Made by a program: the position numbers and the translations under genes
In this document: positions 23,301 through 38,300 of the stretch, one piece after another
Numbering within the stretch: the first letter of the stretch is position 1
Layout: every line of letters starts with the position of its first letter
Notes under the pieces: generated by a model
Databases searched by the model: none
The model's input: only the letters and a program-made list of their open reading frames with translations
Told to the model about the DNA's origin: nothing
Source of the DNA: Malacoraja senta
Taxonomy: Eukaryota
DNA length: 64,000 bases
Assembly: GCA_038087875.1 (NCBI GenBank)
Contig: CM075997.1
Coordinates: 8,806,001-8,870,000 of the forward strand
Direction: 5' to 3'

Positions 23301-26300
23301 TTTTTGCAAACATTTTAGAACCAAAACACATACTTTTTGAAAACATTTTAGAACCAAAACACATACTTTTTGAAAACATTTTAGACCCAGAACACTTTTT
23401 GCAAACATTTTAGAACCAAAACACTTTTTGCAAACATTTTTGAAGCAAAAACACATACATTTTGCAAACATTTTAGAACCAAATCATTTTGCAATCATTT
23501 TAGAACCAAAACACTTTTTCAAACATTTTAGAACCAAATCATTTTGCAAACATTTTAGAACCAAAACACTTTTTGCAAACATTTTAGAACCAATACACAC
23601 ACCTTTTGCAAACATTTTAGAACCAAGACCCACACATTTTGCAAACATTTTAGAACGAAGACACACACTTTTTGAAAGCATTATAGAAACTAGACACACA
23701 ATTTTTGCAAACATTTTAGAACCAAAATACTTTTTGCAAACATTTTAGAACCAATACACACACTTTTTGCAAACATTTTAGAACCAAGACACTTTTTGCT
23801 AACATATTAGAACCAATACACCTTTTGCAAACATTTTAGAACCAAGACACTTTTTGCAAATATTTCAGAACCAAGACACCCTCTTTTTGCAAACATTTTA
23901 GAACCAAGACACACACTTTTTGCAAACATTTTAGAACCAAGACACACACATTTTGCAAACATTTCAGAACCAAGACACACACTTTTTGCAAACATTTTAG
24001 AACCAAGACACACACATTTTGCAAACATTTTAGAACCAAGACACACATATTTTGAAAACATTTCAGAACCAATACACACACTTTTTGCAAACATTTCAGA
24101 ACCAAGACACACACTTTTTGCAAACATTTTAGAACCAAAACACATACTTTTTGCAAACATTTTAGAACCAAAATACATACTTTTTGAAAACATTTTAGAA
24201 CCAAAACACATACTTTTTGAAAACATTTTAGACCCAAAACTCTTTTTGCAAACATTTTTGAAGCAAAAACACCTTTTGCAAACATTTTAGAACCAAAACA
24301 TTTTGCAAACATTTTAGAACCAAATCAATTTTTGCAAACAATTTAGAACCAAAACACTTTTTGCAAACATTTAAGAACCAAAACACTTTTTCCAAACATT
24401 TTAGAACCAAAACACTTTTTGCAAACATTTCAGAACAAAGACACACTATTTTTGCAAACATTTTAGAACCAAATTATGTTGCAAACATTTTAGAACCAAA
24501 ACACTTTTTGCAAACATTTTTGAACCAAAACACATTTTGCAAACATTTTAGAACTAAAACACTTTTTGCAAACATTTTAGAACCAAAACACTTTTTGCAA
24601 ACATTTCAGAACAAAGACACACTATTTTTGCAAACATTTCAGAACAAAGACACACTATTTTTGCAAACATTTCAGAACAAAGACACACAATTTTTGCAAA
24701 CATTTTAGAACCAAGACACACACTTTTTGTAAACATTTTGGAACCAAGACACACACTTTTTGCAAATATTTTAGAAACAAGACACACACTTATTGCAAAC
24801 ATTTTAGAACCAAGACACACACTTTTAACAAACATTTTAGATCCAAAACACTTTTTGCAAACATTTTAGATCCAGTACACACACTTTTTGCAAACATTTT
24901 AGAACCAAGACACACACTTTTTGCAAACATTTTAGAACCAAGACACACACAGTTTGAAAACATTTTAGAATCAAAACACTTTTTGCAATCATTTTATAAC
25001 CAAAATACATTTTGCAAACATTTTAGAACCAAGCCACTCACTTTTTGCAAACATTTCAGAACCAAGCCACACACTTTTTGCTAACAATTTAGAAGCAAAC
25101 ACACACTTTTGTAAACATTTTAGAACCAAGTCACACACTTTTTGCAAACATTTTTGAACCAAGACACACACATTTTGAAAACATTTTAGAACCAAAACAC
25201 TTTTTGCAAATTTTAGAACCAAAATATTTTTTGCAAACATTTTAGAACCAAGACACACACTTTTTGCAAACATTTTAGAACCAAGACACACACTTTTTGT
25301 AAACATTTTAGAACCAAGACACACACTTTTTGCAAACATTTTAGAACCAATACACACACTTTTTGCAAACATTTCAGAACCAAGAAACACACTTTTTGCA
25401 AACATTTTAGAAGCAAGACACACACTTTTTGTAAACATTTTAGAACCAAGACACAGACTTTTTGCAAACATTTTTGAACCAAGACACACACATTTTGCAG
25501 ACATTTTAGAACCAAGACACACATTTTTTGCAAACATTTTAGAACAAAAACACATACTTTTTGAAAACATTTTCGAACCAAAACACATAATTTTTCAAAA
25601 CATTTTAGACCCAAAAGACTTTTTGCAAACATTTTAGAACCAAAACACTTTGCAAACATTTTTGAAGCAAAAACACCTTTTGCAAACATTTTAGAACCAA
25701 AATATTTTGCAAACATTTTAGAACCAAATCAATTTTTGCAAACAATTTAGAACCAAAACACCTTCTGCAATCATTTTCGAAGCAAAACACTTTTTGCAAA
25801 CATTTTAGAACCAATACACACACTTTTTGCAAACATTTTAGAACCAAAACACTTTTTGCTAACATATTAGAACCAATACACCTTTTGCAAACATTTAGAA
25901 CCAAGACACACACATTTTGCAAACATTTTAGAACCAAGTCATACACTTTTTGAAAACATTTTAGAACCAAGACACACACTTTTTGCAAACATTTTAGAAC
26001 CAAGACACACACATTTTGAAAACATTTTAGAACCAAAACACTTTTTGCAAATTTTAGAACCAAAATATTTTTTGCAACCATTTTAGAACCAAGACACACA
26101 CTTTTTGTAAACATTTTAGAACCAAGACACACACTTTTTGCAAACATTTTAGAACCAATACACACTTTTTGCAAACATTTCAGAACCAAGAAACACACTT
26201 TTTGCAAACATTTTAGAACCAAGACACACACTTTTTGCAAACATTTTAGAACCAAGACACACACATTTTGCAAACATTTCAGAACCAAGACACACACTTT

Positions 26301-29300
26301 TTGCAAACATTTTAGAACCAAGACACACACATTTTGCAAACATTTTAGAACCAAGACACACATATTTTGAAAACATTTCAGAACCAATACACACACTTTT
26401 TGCAAACATTTCAGAACCAAGACACACACTTTTTGCAAACATTTTAGAACCAAAACACATACTTTTTGCAAACATTTTAGAACCAAAATACATACTTTTT
26501 GAAAACATTTTAGAACCAAAACACATACTTTTTGAAAACATTTTAGACCCAAAACTCTTTTTGCAAACATTTTTGAAGCAAAAACACCTTTTGCAAACAT
26601 TTTAGAACCAAAACATTTTGCAAACATTTTAGAACCAAATCAATTTTTGCAAACAATTTAGAACCAAAACACTTTTTGCAAACATTTAAGAACCAAAACA
26701 CTTTTTGCAAACATTTTAGAACCAAAACACTTTTTGCAAACATTTCAGAACAAAGACACACTATTTTTGCAAACATTTTAGAACCAAATTATGTTGCAAA
26801 CATTTTAGAACCAAAACACTTTTTGCAAACATTTTTGAACCAAAACACATTTTGCAAACATTTTAGAACTAAAACACTTTTTGCAAACATTTTAGAACCA
26901 AAACACTTTTTGCAAACATTTCAGAACCAAGCCACACACTTTTTGCTAACAATTTAGAAGCAAACACACACTTTTGTAAACATTTTAGAACCAAGTCACA
27001 CACTTTTTGCAAACATTTTAGAACCAAGACACACACATTTTGAAAACATTTTAGAACCAAAACACTTTTTGCAAATTTTAGAACCAAAATATTTTTTGCA
27101 AACATTTTAGAACCAAGACACACACTTTTTGCAAACATTTTAGAACCAAGACACACACTTTTTGTAAACATTTTAGAACCAAGACACACACTTTTTGCAA
27201 ACATTTTAGAACCAATACACACACTTTTTGCAAACATATCAGAACCAAGAAACACACTTTTTGCAAACATTTTAGAAGCAAGACACACACTTTTTGTAAA
27301 CATTTTAGAACCAAGACACAGACTTTTTGCAAACATTTTTGAACCAAGACACACACATTTTGCAGACATTTTAGAACCAAGACACACATTTTTTGCAAAC
27401 ATTTTAGAACAAAAACACATACTTTTTGAAAACATTTTCGAACCAAAACACATAATTTTTCAAAACATTTTAGACCCAAAAGACTTTTTGCAAACATTTT
27501 AGAACCAAAACACTTTGCAAACATTTTTGAAGCAAAAACACCTTTTGCAAACATTTTAGAACCAAAATATTTTGCAAACATTTTAGAACCAAATCAATTT
27601 TTGCAAACAATTTAGAACCAAAACACCTTCTGCAATCATTTTCGAAGCAAAACACTTTTTGCAAACATTTTAGAACCAAATCATTTTGCAAACATTTTAG
27701 AACCAAAACACTTTTTGCCAACATTTTAGAACCAATACACACACTTTTTGCAAACATTTTAGAACCAAAACACTTTTTGCTAACATATTAGAACCAATAC
27801 ACCTTTTGCAAACATTTAGAACCAAGACACACACATTTTGCAAACATTTTAGAACCAAGTCACACACTTTTTGAAAACATTTTAGAACCAAGACACACAC
27901 TTTTTGCAAACATTTTAGAACCAAGACACACACATTTTGAAAACATTTTAGAACCAAAACACTTTTTGCAAATTTTAGAACCAAAATATTTTTTGCAACC
28001 ATTTTAGAACCAAGACACACACTTTTTGTAAACATTTTAGAACCAAGACACACACTTTTTGCAAACATTTTAGAACCAATACACACACTTTTTGCAAACA
28101 TTTCAGAACCAAGAAACACACTTTTTGCAAACATTTTAGAAGCAAGACACAGACTTTTTGTAAACATTTTAGAACCAAGACACAGACTTTTTGCAAACAT
28201 TTTTGAACCAATACACACACATTTTGCAGACATTTTAGAACCAAGACACACATTTTTTGCAAACATTTTAGAACCAAGACACACACATTTTGCAAACATT
28301 TCAGAACCAAGACACACACTTTTTGCAAACATTTTAGAACCAAGACACACACATTTTGCAAACATTTTAGAACCAAGACACATATTTTGAAAACATTTCA
28401 GAACCAATACACACACTTTTTGCAAACATTTCAGAACCAAGACACACACTTTTTGCAAACATTTTAGAACCAAAACACATACTTTTTGCAAACATTTTAG
28501 AACCAAAATACATACTTTTTGAAAACATTTTAGAACCAAAACACATACTTTTTGAAAACATTTTAGACCCAAAACTCTTTTTGCAAACATTTTTGAAGCA
28601 AAAACACCTTTTGCAAACATTTTAGAACCAAAACATTTTGCAAACATTTTAGAACCAAATCAATTTTTGCAAACAATTTAGAACCAAAACACTTTTTGCA
28701 AACATTTAAGAACCAAAACACTTTTTCCAAACATTTTAGAACCAAAACACTTTTTGCAAACATTTCAGAACAAAGACACACTATTTTTGCAAACATTTTA
28801 GAACCAAATTATGTTGCAAACATTTTAGAACCAAAACACTTTTTGCAAACATTTTTGAACCAAAACACATTTTGCAAACATTTTAGAACTAAAACACTTT
28901 TTGCAAACATTTTAGAACCAAAACACTTTTTGCAAACATTTCAGAACAAAGACACACTATTTTTGCAAACATTTCAGAACAAAGACACACTATTTTTGCA
29001 AACATTTCAGAACAAAGACACACAATTTTTGCAAACATTTTAGAACCAAGACACACACTTTTTGTAAACATTTTGGAACCAAGACACACACTTTTTGCAA
29101 ATATTTTAGAAACAAGACACACACTTATTGCAAACATTTTAGAACCAAGACACACACTTTTAACAAACATTTTAGATCCAAAACACTTTTTGCAAACATT
29201 TTAGATCCAGTACACACACTTTTTGCAAACATTTTAGAACCAAGACACACACTTTTTGCAAACATTTTAGAACCAAGACACACACAGTTTGAAAACATTT

Positions 29301-32300
29301 TAGAATCAAAACACTTTTTGCAATCATTTTATAACCAAAATACATTTTGCAAACATTTTAGAACCAAGCCACTCACTTTTTGCAAACATTTCAGAACCAA
29401 GCCACACACTTTTTGCTAACAATTTAGAAGCAAACACACACTTTTGTAAACATTTTAGAACCAAGTCACACACTTTTTGCAAACATTTTTGAACCAAGAC
29501 ACACACATTTTGAAAACATTTTAGAACCAAAACACTTTTTGCAAATTTTAGAACCAAAATATTTTTTGCAAACATTTTAGAACCAAGACACACACTTTTT
29601 GCAAACATTTTAGAACCAAGACACACACTTTTTGTAAACATTTTAGAACCAAGACACACACTTTTTGCAAACATTTTAGAACCAATACACACACTTTTTG
29701 CAAACATTTCAGAACCAAGAAACACACTTTTTGCAAACATTTTAGAAGCAAGACACACACTTTTTGTAAACATTTTAGAACCAAGACACAGACTTTTTGC
29801 AAACATTTTTGAACCAAGACACACACATTTTGCAGACATTTTAGAACCAAGACACACATTTTTTGCAAACATTTTAGAACAAAAACACATACTTTTTGAA
29901 AACATTTTCGAACCAAAACACATAATTTTTCAAAACATTTTAGACCCAAAAGACTTTTTGCAAACATTTTAGAACCAAAACACTTTGCAAACATTTTTGA
30001 AGCAAAAACACCTTTTGCAAACATTTTAGAACCAAAATATTTTGCAAACATTTTAGAACCAAATCAATTTTTGCAAACAATTTAGAACCAAAACACCTTC
30101 TGCAATCATTTTCGAAGCAAAACACTTTTTGCAAACATTTTAGAACCAATACACACACTTTTTGCAAACATTTTAGAACCAAAACACTTTTTGCTAACAT
30201 ATTAGAACCAATACACCTTTTGCAAACATTTAGAACCAAGACACACACATTTTGCAAACATTTTAGAACCAAGTCATACACTTTTTGAAAACATTTTAGA
30301 ACCAAGACACACACTTTTTGCAAACATTTTAGAACCAAGACACACACATTTTGAAAACATTTTAGAACCAAAACACTTTTTGCAAATTTTAGAACCAAAA
30401 TATTTTTTGCAACCATTTTAGAACCAAGACACACACTTTTTGTAAACATTTTAGAACCAAGACACACACTTTTTGCAAACATTTTAGAACCAATACATAC
30501 TTTTTGCAAACATTTCAGAACCAAGAAACACACTTTTTGCAAACATTTTAGAACCAAGACACACACTTTTTGCAAACATTTTAGAACCAAGACACACACA
30601 TTTTGCAAACATTTCAGAACCAAGACACACACTTTTTGCAAACATTTTAGAACCAAGACACACACATTTTGCAAACATTTTAGAACCAAGACACACATAT
30701 TTTGAAAACATTTCAGAACCAATACACACACTTTTTGCAAACATTTCAGAACCAAGACACACACTTTTTGCAAACATTTTAGAACCAAAACACATACTTT
30801 TTGCAAACATTTTAGAACCAAAATACATACTTTTTGAAAACATTTTAGAACCAAAACACATACTTTTTGAAAACATTTTAGACCCAAAACTCTTTTTGCA
30901 AACATTTTTGAAGCAAAAACACCTTTTGCAAACATTTTAGAACCAAAACATTTTGCAAACATTTTAGAACCAAATCAATTTTTGCAAACAATTTAGAACC
31001 AAAACACTTTTTGCAAACATTTAAGAACCAAAACACTTTTTGCAAACATTTTAGAACCAAAACACTTTTTGCAAACATTTCAGAACAAAGACACACTATT
31101 TTTGCAAACATTTTAGAACCAAATTATGTTGCAAACATTTTAGAACCAAAACACTTTTTGCAAACATTTTTGAACCAAAACACATTTTGCAAACATTTTA
31201 GAACTAAAACACTTTTTGCAAACATTTTAGAACCAAAACACTTTTTGCAAACATTTCAGAACCAAGCCACACACTTTTTGCTAACAATTTAGAAGCAAAC
31301 ACACACTTTTGTAAACATTTTAGAACCAAGTCACACACTTTTTGCAAACATTTTAGAACCAAGACACACACATTTTGAAAACATTTTAGAACCAAAACAC
31401 TTTTTGCAAATTTTAGAACCAAAATATTTTTTGCAAACATTTTAGAACCAAGACACACACTTTTTGCAAACATTTTAGAACCAAGACACACACTTTTTGT
31501 AAACATTTTAGAACCAAGACACACACTTTTTGCAAACATTTTAGAACCAATACACACACTTTTTGCAAACATATCAGAACCAAGAAACACACTTTTTGCA
31601 AACATTTTAGAAGCAAGACACACACTTTTTGTAAACATTTTAGAACCAAGACACAGACTTTTTGCAAACATTTTTGAACCAAGACACACACATTTTGCAG
31701 ACATTTTAGAACCAAGACACACATTTTTTGCAAACATTTTAGAACAAAAACACATACTTTTTGAAAACATTTTCGAACCAAAACACATAATTTTTCAAAA
31801 CATTTTAGACCCAAAAGACTTTTTGCAAACATTTTAGAACCAAAACACTTTGCAAACATTTTTGAAGCAAAAACACCTTTTGCAAACATTTTAGAACCAA
31901 AATATTTTGCAAACATTTTAGAACCAAATCAATTTTTGCAAACAATTTAGAACCAAAACACCTTCTGCAATCATTTTCGAAGCAAAACACTTTTTGCAAA
32001 CATTTTAGAACCAAATCATTTTGCAAACATTTTAGAACCAAAACACTTTTTGCCAACATTTTAGAACCAATACACACACTTTTTGCAAACATTTTAGAAC
32101 CAAAACACTTTTTGCTAACATATTAGAACCAATACACCTTTTGCAAACATTTAGAACCAAGACACACACATTTTGCAAACATTTTAGAACCAAGTCACAC
32201 ACTTTTTGAAAACATTTTAGAACCAAGACACACACTTTTTGCAAACATTTTAGAACCAAGACACACACATTTTGAAAACATTTTAGAACCAAAACACTTT

Positions 32301-35300
32301 TTGCAAATTTTAGAACCAAAATATTTTTTGCAACCATTTTAGAACCAAGACACACACTTTTTGTAAACATTTTAGAACCAAGACACACACTTTTTGCAAA
32401 CATTTTAGAACCAATACACACACTTTTTGCAAACATTTCAGAACCAAGAAACACACTTTTTGCAAACATTTTAGAAGCAAGACACAGACTTTTTGTAAAC
32501 ATTTTAGAACCAAGACACAGACTTTTTGCAAACATTTTTGAACCAATACACACACATTTTGCAGACATTTTAGAACCAAGACACACATTTTTTGCAAACA
32601 TTTTAGAACAAAAACACATACTTTTTGAAAACATTTTCGAACCAAAACACATAATTTTTTAAAACATTTTAGACCCAAAAGACTTTTTGCAAACATTTTA
32701 GAACCAAAACACTTTGCAAACATTTTTGAAGCAAAAACACCTTTTGCAAACATTTTAGAACCAAAACATTTTGCAAACATTTTGCAAACATTTTAGAACC
32801 AAATCCATTTTTGCAAACAATTTAGAACCAAAACACTTTTTGCAAACATTTAAGAACCAAAACACCTTTTGCAAACATTTTAGAACCAAATCATTTTGCA
32901 AACATTTTAGAACCAAAACACTTTTTGCAAACATTTCAGAACAAAGACACACTATTTTTGCAAACATTTCAGAACAAAGACACACAATTTTTGCAAACAA
33001 TTTAGAACCAAGACACACTTTTTGCAAACATTTTAGAACCAAGACACACACTTTTTGCAAACATTTTAGAAGCACGACACACACTTTTTGTAAACATTTT
33101 GGAACCAAGACACACACTTTTTGCAAACATTTTAGAAACAAGACACACACTTATTCCAAACATTTTAGAACCAAGACACACACTTTTAGCAAACATTTTA
33201 GATCCAAAACACTTTTTGCAAATATTTTAGAACCAGTACACACACTTTTTGCAAACATTTTGGAACCAAGACACACACTTTTTGCAAACATTTTAGAAAC
33301 AAGACACACACTTATTCCAAACATTTTAGAACCAAGACACACACTTTTAGCAAACATTTTAGATCCAAAACACTTTTTGCAAACATTTTAGAACCAGTAC
33401 ACACACTTTTTGCAAACATTTTAGAACCAAGACACACACTTTTTGCAAACATTTCAGAACCAAGCCACACACTTTTTGCAAACATTTTAGAACCAAGACA
33501 CACACTTTTTGCAAACATTTTAGAACCAAGACACACACATTTTGAAAACATTTTAGAACCAAAACACTTTTTGCAAATTTTAGAACCAAAATATTTTTTG
33601 CAAACATTTTAGAACCAAGACACACACTTTTTGCAAACATTTTAGAACCAATACACACACTTTTTGCAAACATTTCAGAACCAAGACACACACTTTTTGC
33701 AAACATTTTAGAACCAAAACACTTTTTGCAAACATTTTAGAACCAAGCCACTCACTTTTTGCAAACATTTCAGAACCAAGACACACACTTTTTGCAATTT
33801 AGAAGCAAGACACACACTTTTTGCAAACATTTTAGAACCAAGACACACACTTTTTGTAAACATTTTAGAACCAAGACACACACTTTTTGCAAACATTTTA
33901 GAACCAATACACACACTTTTTGCAAACATTTCAGAACCAAGAAACACACTTTTTGCAAACATTTTAGAAGCAAGACACACACTTTTTGTAAACATTTTAG
34001 AACCAAGACACAGACTTTTTGCAAACATTTTTGAACCAAGACACACACATTTTGCAGACATTTTAGAACCAAGACACACATTTTTTGCAAACATTTTAGA
34101 ACAAAAACACATACTTTTTGAAAACATTTTCGAACCAAAACACATAATTTTTCAAAACATTTTAGACCCAAAAGACTTTTTGCAAACATTTTAGAACCAA
34201 AACACTTTGCAAACATTTTTGAAGCAAAAACACCTTTTGCAAACATTTTAGAACCAAAATATTTTGCAAACATTTTAGAACCAAATCAATTTTTGCAAAC
34301 AATTTAGAACCAAAACACCTTCTGCAATCATTTTCGAAGCAAAACACTTTTTGCAAACATTTTAGAACCAATACACACACTTTTTGCAAACATTTTAGAA
34401 CCAAAACACTTTTTGCTAACATATTAGAACCAATACACCTTTTGCAAACATTTAGAACCAAGACACACACATTTTGCAAACATTTTAGAACCAAGTCATA
34501 CACTTTTTGAAAACATTTTAGAACCAAGACACACACTTTTTGCAAACATTTTAGAACCAAGACACACACATTTTGAAAACATTTTAGAACCAAAACACTT
34601 TTTGCAAATTTTAGAACCAAAATATTTTTTGCAACCATTTTAGAACCAAGACACACACTTTTTGTAAACATTTTAGAACCAAGACACACACTTTTTGCAA
34701 ACATTTTAGAACCAATACACACTTTTTGCAAACATTTCAGAACCAAGAAACACACTTTTTGCAAACATTTTAGAACCAAGACACACACTTTTTGCAAACA
34801 TTTTAGAACCAAGACACACACATTTTGCAAACATTTCAGAACCAAGACACACACTTTTTGCAAACATTTTAGAACCAAGACACACACATTTTGCAAACAT
34901 TTTAGAACCAAGACACACATATTTTGAAAACATTTCAGAACCAATACACACACTTTTTGCAAACATTTCAGAACCAAGACACACACTTTTTGCAAACATT
35001 TTAGAACCAAAACACATACTTTTTGCAAACATTTTAGAACCAAAATACATACTTTTTGAAAACATTTTAGAACCAAAACACATACTTTTTGAAAACATTT
35101 TAGACCCAAAACTCTTTTTGCAAACATTTTTGAAGCAAAAACACCTTTTGCAAACATTTTAGAACCAAAACATTTTGCAAACATTTTAGAACCAAATCAA
35201 TTTTTGCAAACAATTTAGAACCAAAACACTTTTTGCAAACATTTAAGAACCAAAACACTTTTTGCAAACATTTTAGAACCAAAACACTTTTTGCAAACAT

Positions 35301-38300
35301 TTCAGAACAAAGACACACTATTTTTGCAAACATTTTAGAACCAAATTATGTTGCAAACATTTTAGAACCAAAACACTTTTTGCAAACATTTTTGAACCAA
35401 AACACATTTTGCAAACATTTTAGAACTAAAACACTTTTTGCAAACATTTTAGAACCAAAACACTTTTTGCAAACATTTCAGAACCAAGCCACACACTTTT
35501 TGCTAACAATTTAGAAGCAAACACACACTTTTGTAAACATTTTAGAACCAAGTCACACACTTTTTGCAAACATTTTAGAACCAAGACACACACATTTTGA
35601 AAACATTTTAGAACCAAAACACTTTTTGCAAATTTTAGAACCAAAATATTTTTTGCAAACATTTTAGAACCAAGACACACACTTTTTGCAAACATTTTAG
35701 AACCAAGACACACACTTTTTGTAAACATTTTAGAACCAAGACACACACTTTTTGCAAACATTTTAGAACCAATACACACACTTTTTGCAAACATATCAGA
35801 ACCAAGAAACACACTTTTTGCAAACATTTTAGAAGCAAGACACACACTTTTTGTAAACATTTTAGAACCAAGAAACACACTTTTTGCAAACATTTTTGAA
35901 CCAAGACACACACATTTTGCAGACATTTTAGAACCAAGACACACATTTTTTGCAAACATTTTAGAACAAAAACACATACTTTTTGAAAACATTTTCGAAC
36001 CAAAACACATAATTTTTCAAAACATTTTAGACCCAAAAGACTTTTTGCAAACATTTTAGAACCAAAACACTTTGCAAACATTTTTGAAGCAAAAACACCT
36101 TTTGCAAACATTTTAGAACCAAAATATTTTGCAAACATTTTAGAACCAAATCAATTTTTGCAAACAATTTAGAACCAAAACACCTTCTGCAATCATTTTC
36201 GAAGCAAAACACTTTTTGCAAACATTTTAGAACCAAATCATTTTGCAAACATTTTAGAACCAAAACACTTTTTGCCAACATTTTAGAACCAATACACACA
36301 CTTTTTGCAAACATTTTAGAACCAAAACACTTTTTGCTAACATATTAGAACCAATACACCTTTTGCAAACATTTAGAACCAAGACACACACATTTTGCAA
36401 ACATTTTAGAACCAAGTCACACACTTTTTGAAAACATTTTAGAACCAAGACACACACTTTTTGCAAACATTTTAGAACCAAGACACACACATTTTGAAAA
36501 CATTTTAGAACCAAAACACTTTTTGCAAATTTTAGAACCAAAATATTTTTTGCAACCATTTTAGAACCAAGACACACACTTTTTGTAAACATTTTAGAAC
36601 CAAGACACACACTTTTTGCAAACATTTTAGAACCAATACACACACTTTTTGCAAACATTTCAGAACCAAGAAACACACTTTTTGCAAACATTTTAGAAGC
36701 AAGACACAGACTTTTTGTAAACATTTTAGAACCAAGACACAGACTTTTTGCAAACATTTTTGAACCAATACACACACATTTTGCAGACATTTTAGAACCA
36801 AGACACACATTTTTTGCAAACATTTTAGAACAAAAACACATACTTTTTGAAAACATTTTCGAACCAAAACACATAATTTTTTAAAACATTTTAGACCCAA
36901 AAGACTTTTTGCAAACATTTTAGAACCAAAACACTTTGCAAACATTTTTGAAGCAAAAACACCTTTTGCAAACATTTTAGAACCAAAACATTTTGCAAAC
37001 ATTTTGCAAACATTTTAGAACCAAATCCATTTTTGCAAACAATTTAGAACCAAAACACTTTTTGCAAACATTTAAGAACCAAAACACCTTTTGCAAACAT
37101 TTTAGAACCAAATCATTTTGCAAACATTTTAGAACCAAAACACTTTTTGCAAACATTTCAGAACAAAGACACACTATTTTTGCAAACATTTCAGAACAAA
37201 GACACACAATTTTTGCAAACAATTTAGAACCAAGACACACTTTTTGCAAACATTTTAGAACCAAGACACACACTTTTTGCAAACATTTTAGAAGCACGAC
37301 ACACACTTTTTGTAAACATTTTGGAACCAAGACACACACTTTTTGCAAACATTTTAGAAACAAGACACACACTTATTCCAAACATTTTAGAACCAAGACA
37401 CACACTTTTAGCAAACATTTTAGATCCAAAACACTTTTTGCAAATATTTTAGAACCAGTACACACACTTTTTGCAAACATTTTGGAACCAAGACACACAC
37501 TTTTTGCAAACATTTTAGAAACAAGACACACACTTATTCCAAACATTTTAGAACCAAGACACACACTTTTAGCAAACATTTTAGATCCAAAACACTTTTT
37601 GCAAACATTTTAGAACCAGTACACACACTTTTTGCAAACATTTTAGAACCAAGACACACACTTTTTGCAAACATTTCAGAACCAAGCCACACACTTTTTG
37701 CAAACATTTTAGAACCAAGACACACACTTTTTGCAAACATTTTAGAACCAAGACACACACATTTTGAAAACATTTTAGAACCAAAACACTTTTTGCAAAT
37801 TTTAGAACCAAAATATTTTTTGCAAACATTTTAGAACCAAGACACACACTTTTTGCAAACATTTTAGAACCAATACACACACTTTTTGCAAACATTTCAG
37901 AACCAAGACACACACTTTTTGCAAACATTTTAGAACCAAAACACTTTTTGCAAACATTTTAGAACCAAGCCACTCACTTTTTGCAAACATTTCAGAACCA
38001 AGACACACACTTTTTGCAATTTAGAAGCAAGACACACAATTTTTGCAAACATTTTAGAACCAAGACACACACATTTTGCAAACATTTTAGAACCAAGTCA
38101 CACACTTTTTGAAAACATTTTAGAACCAAGACACACACTTTTTGCTAACATTTTAGAACCAAGACACACACATTTTGAAAATATTTTAGAACCAAGACAC
38201 ACACTTTTTGCAAACATTTTAGAACCAAAACACTTTTTGCAAACATTTTAGAACCAAAATATTTTTTGCAAACATTTTAGAACCAAGACACACACTTTTT

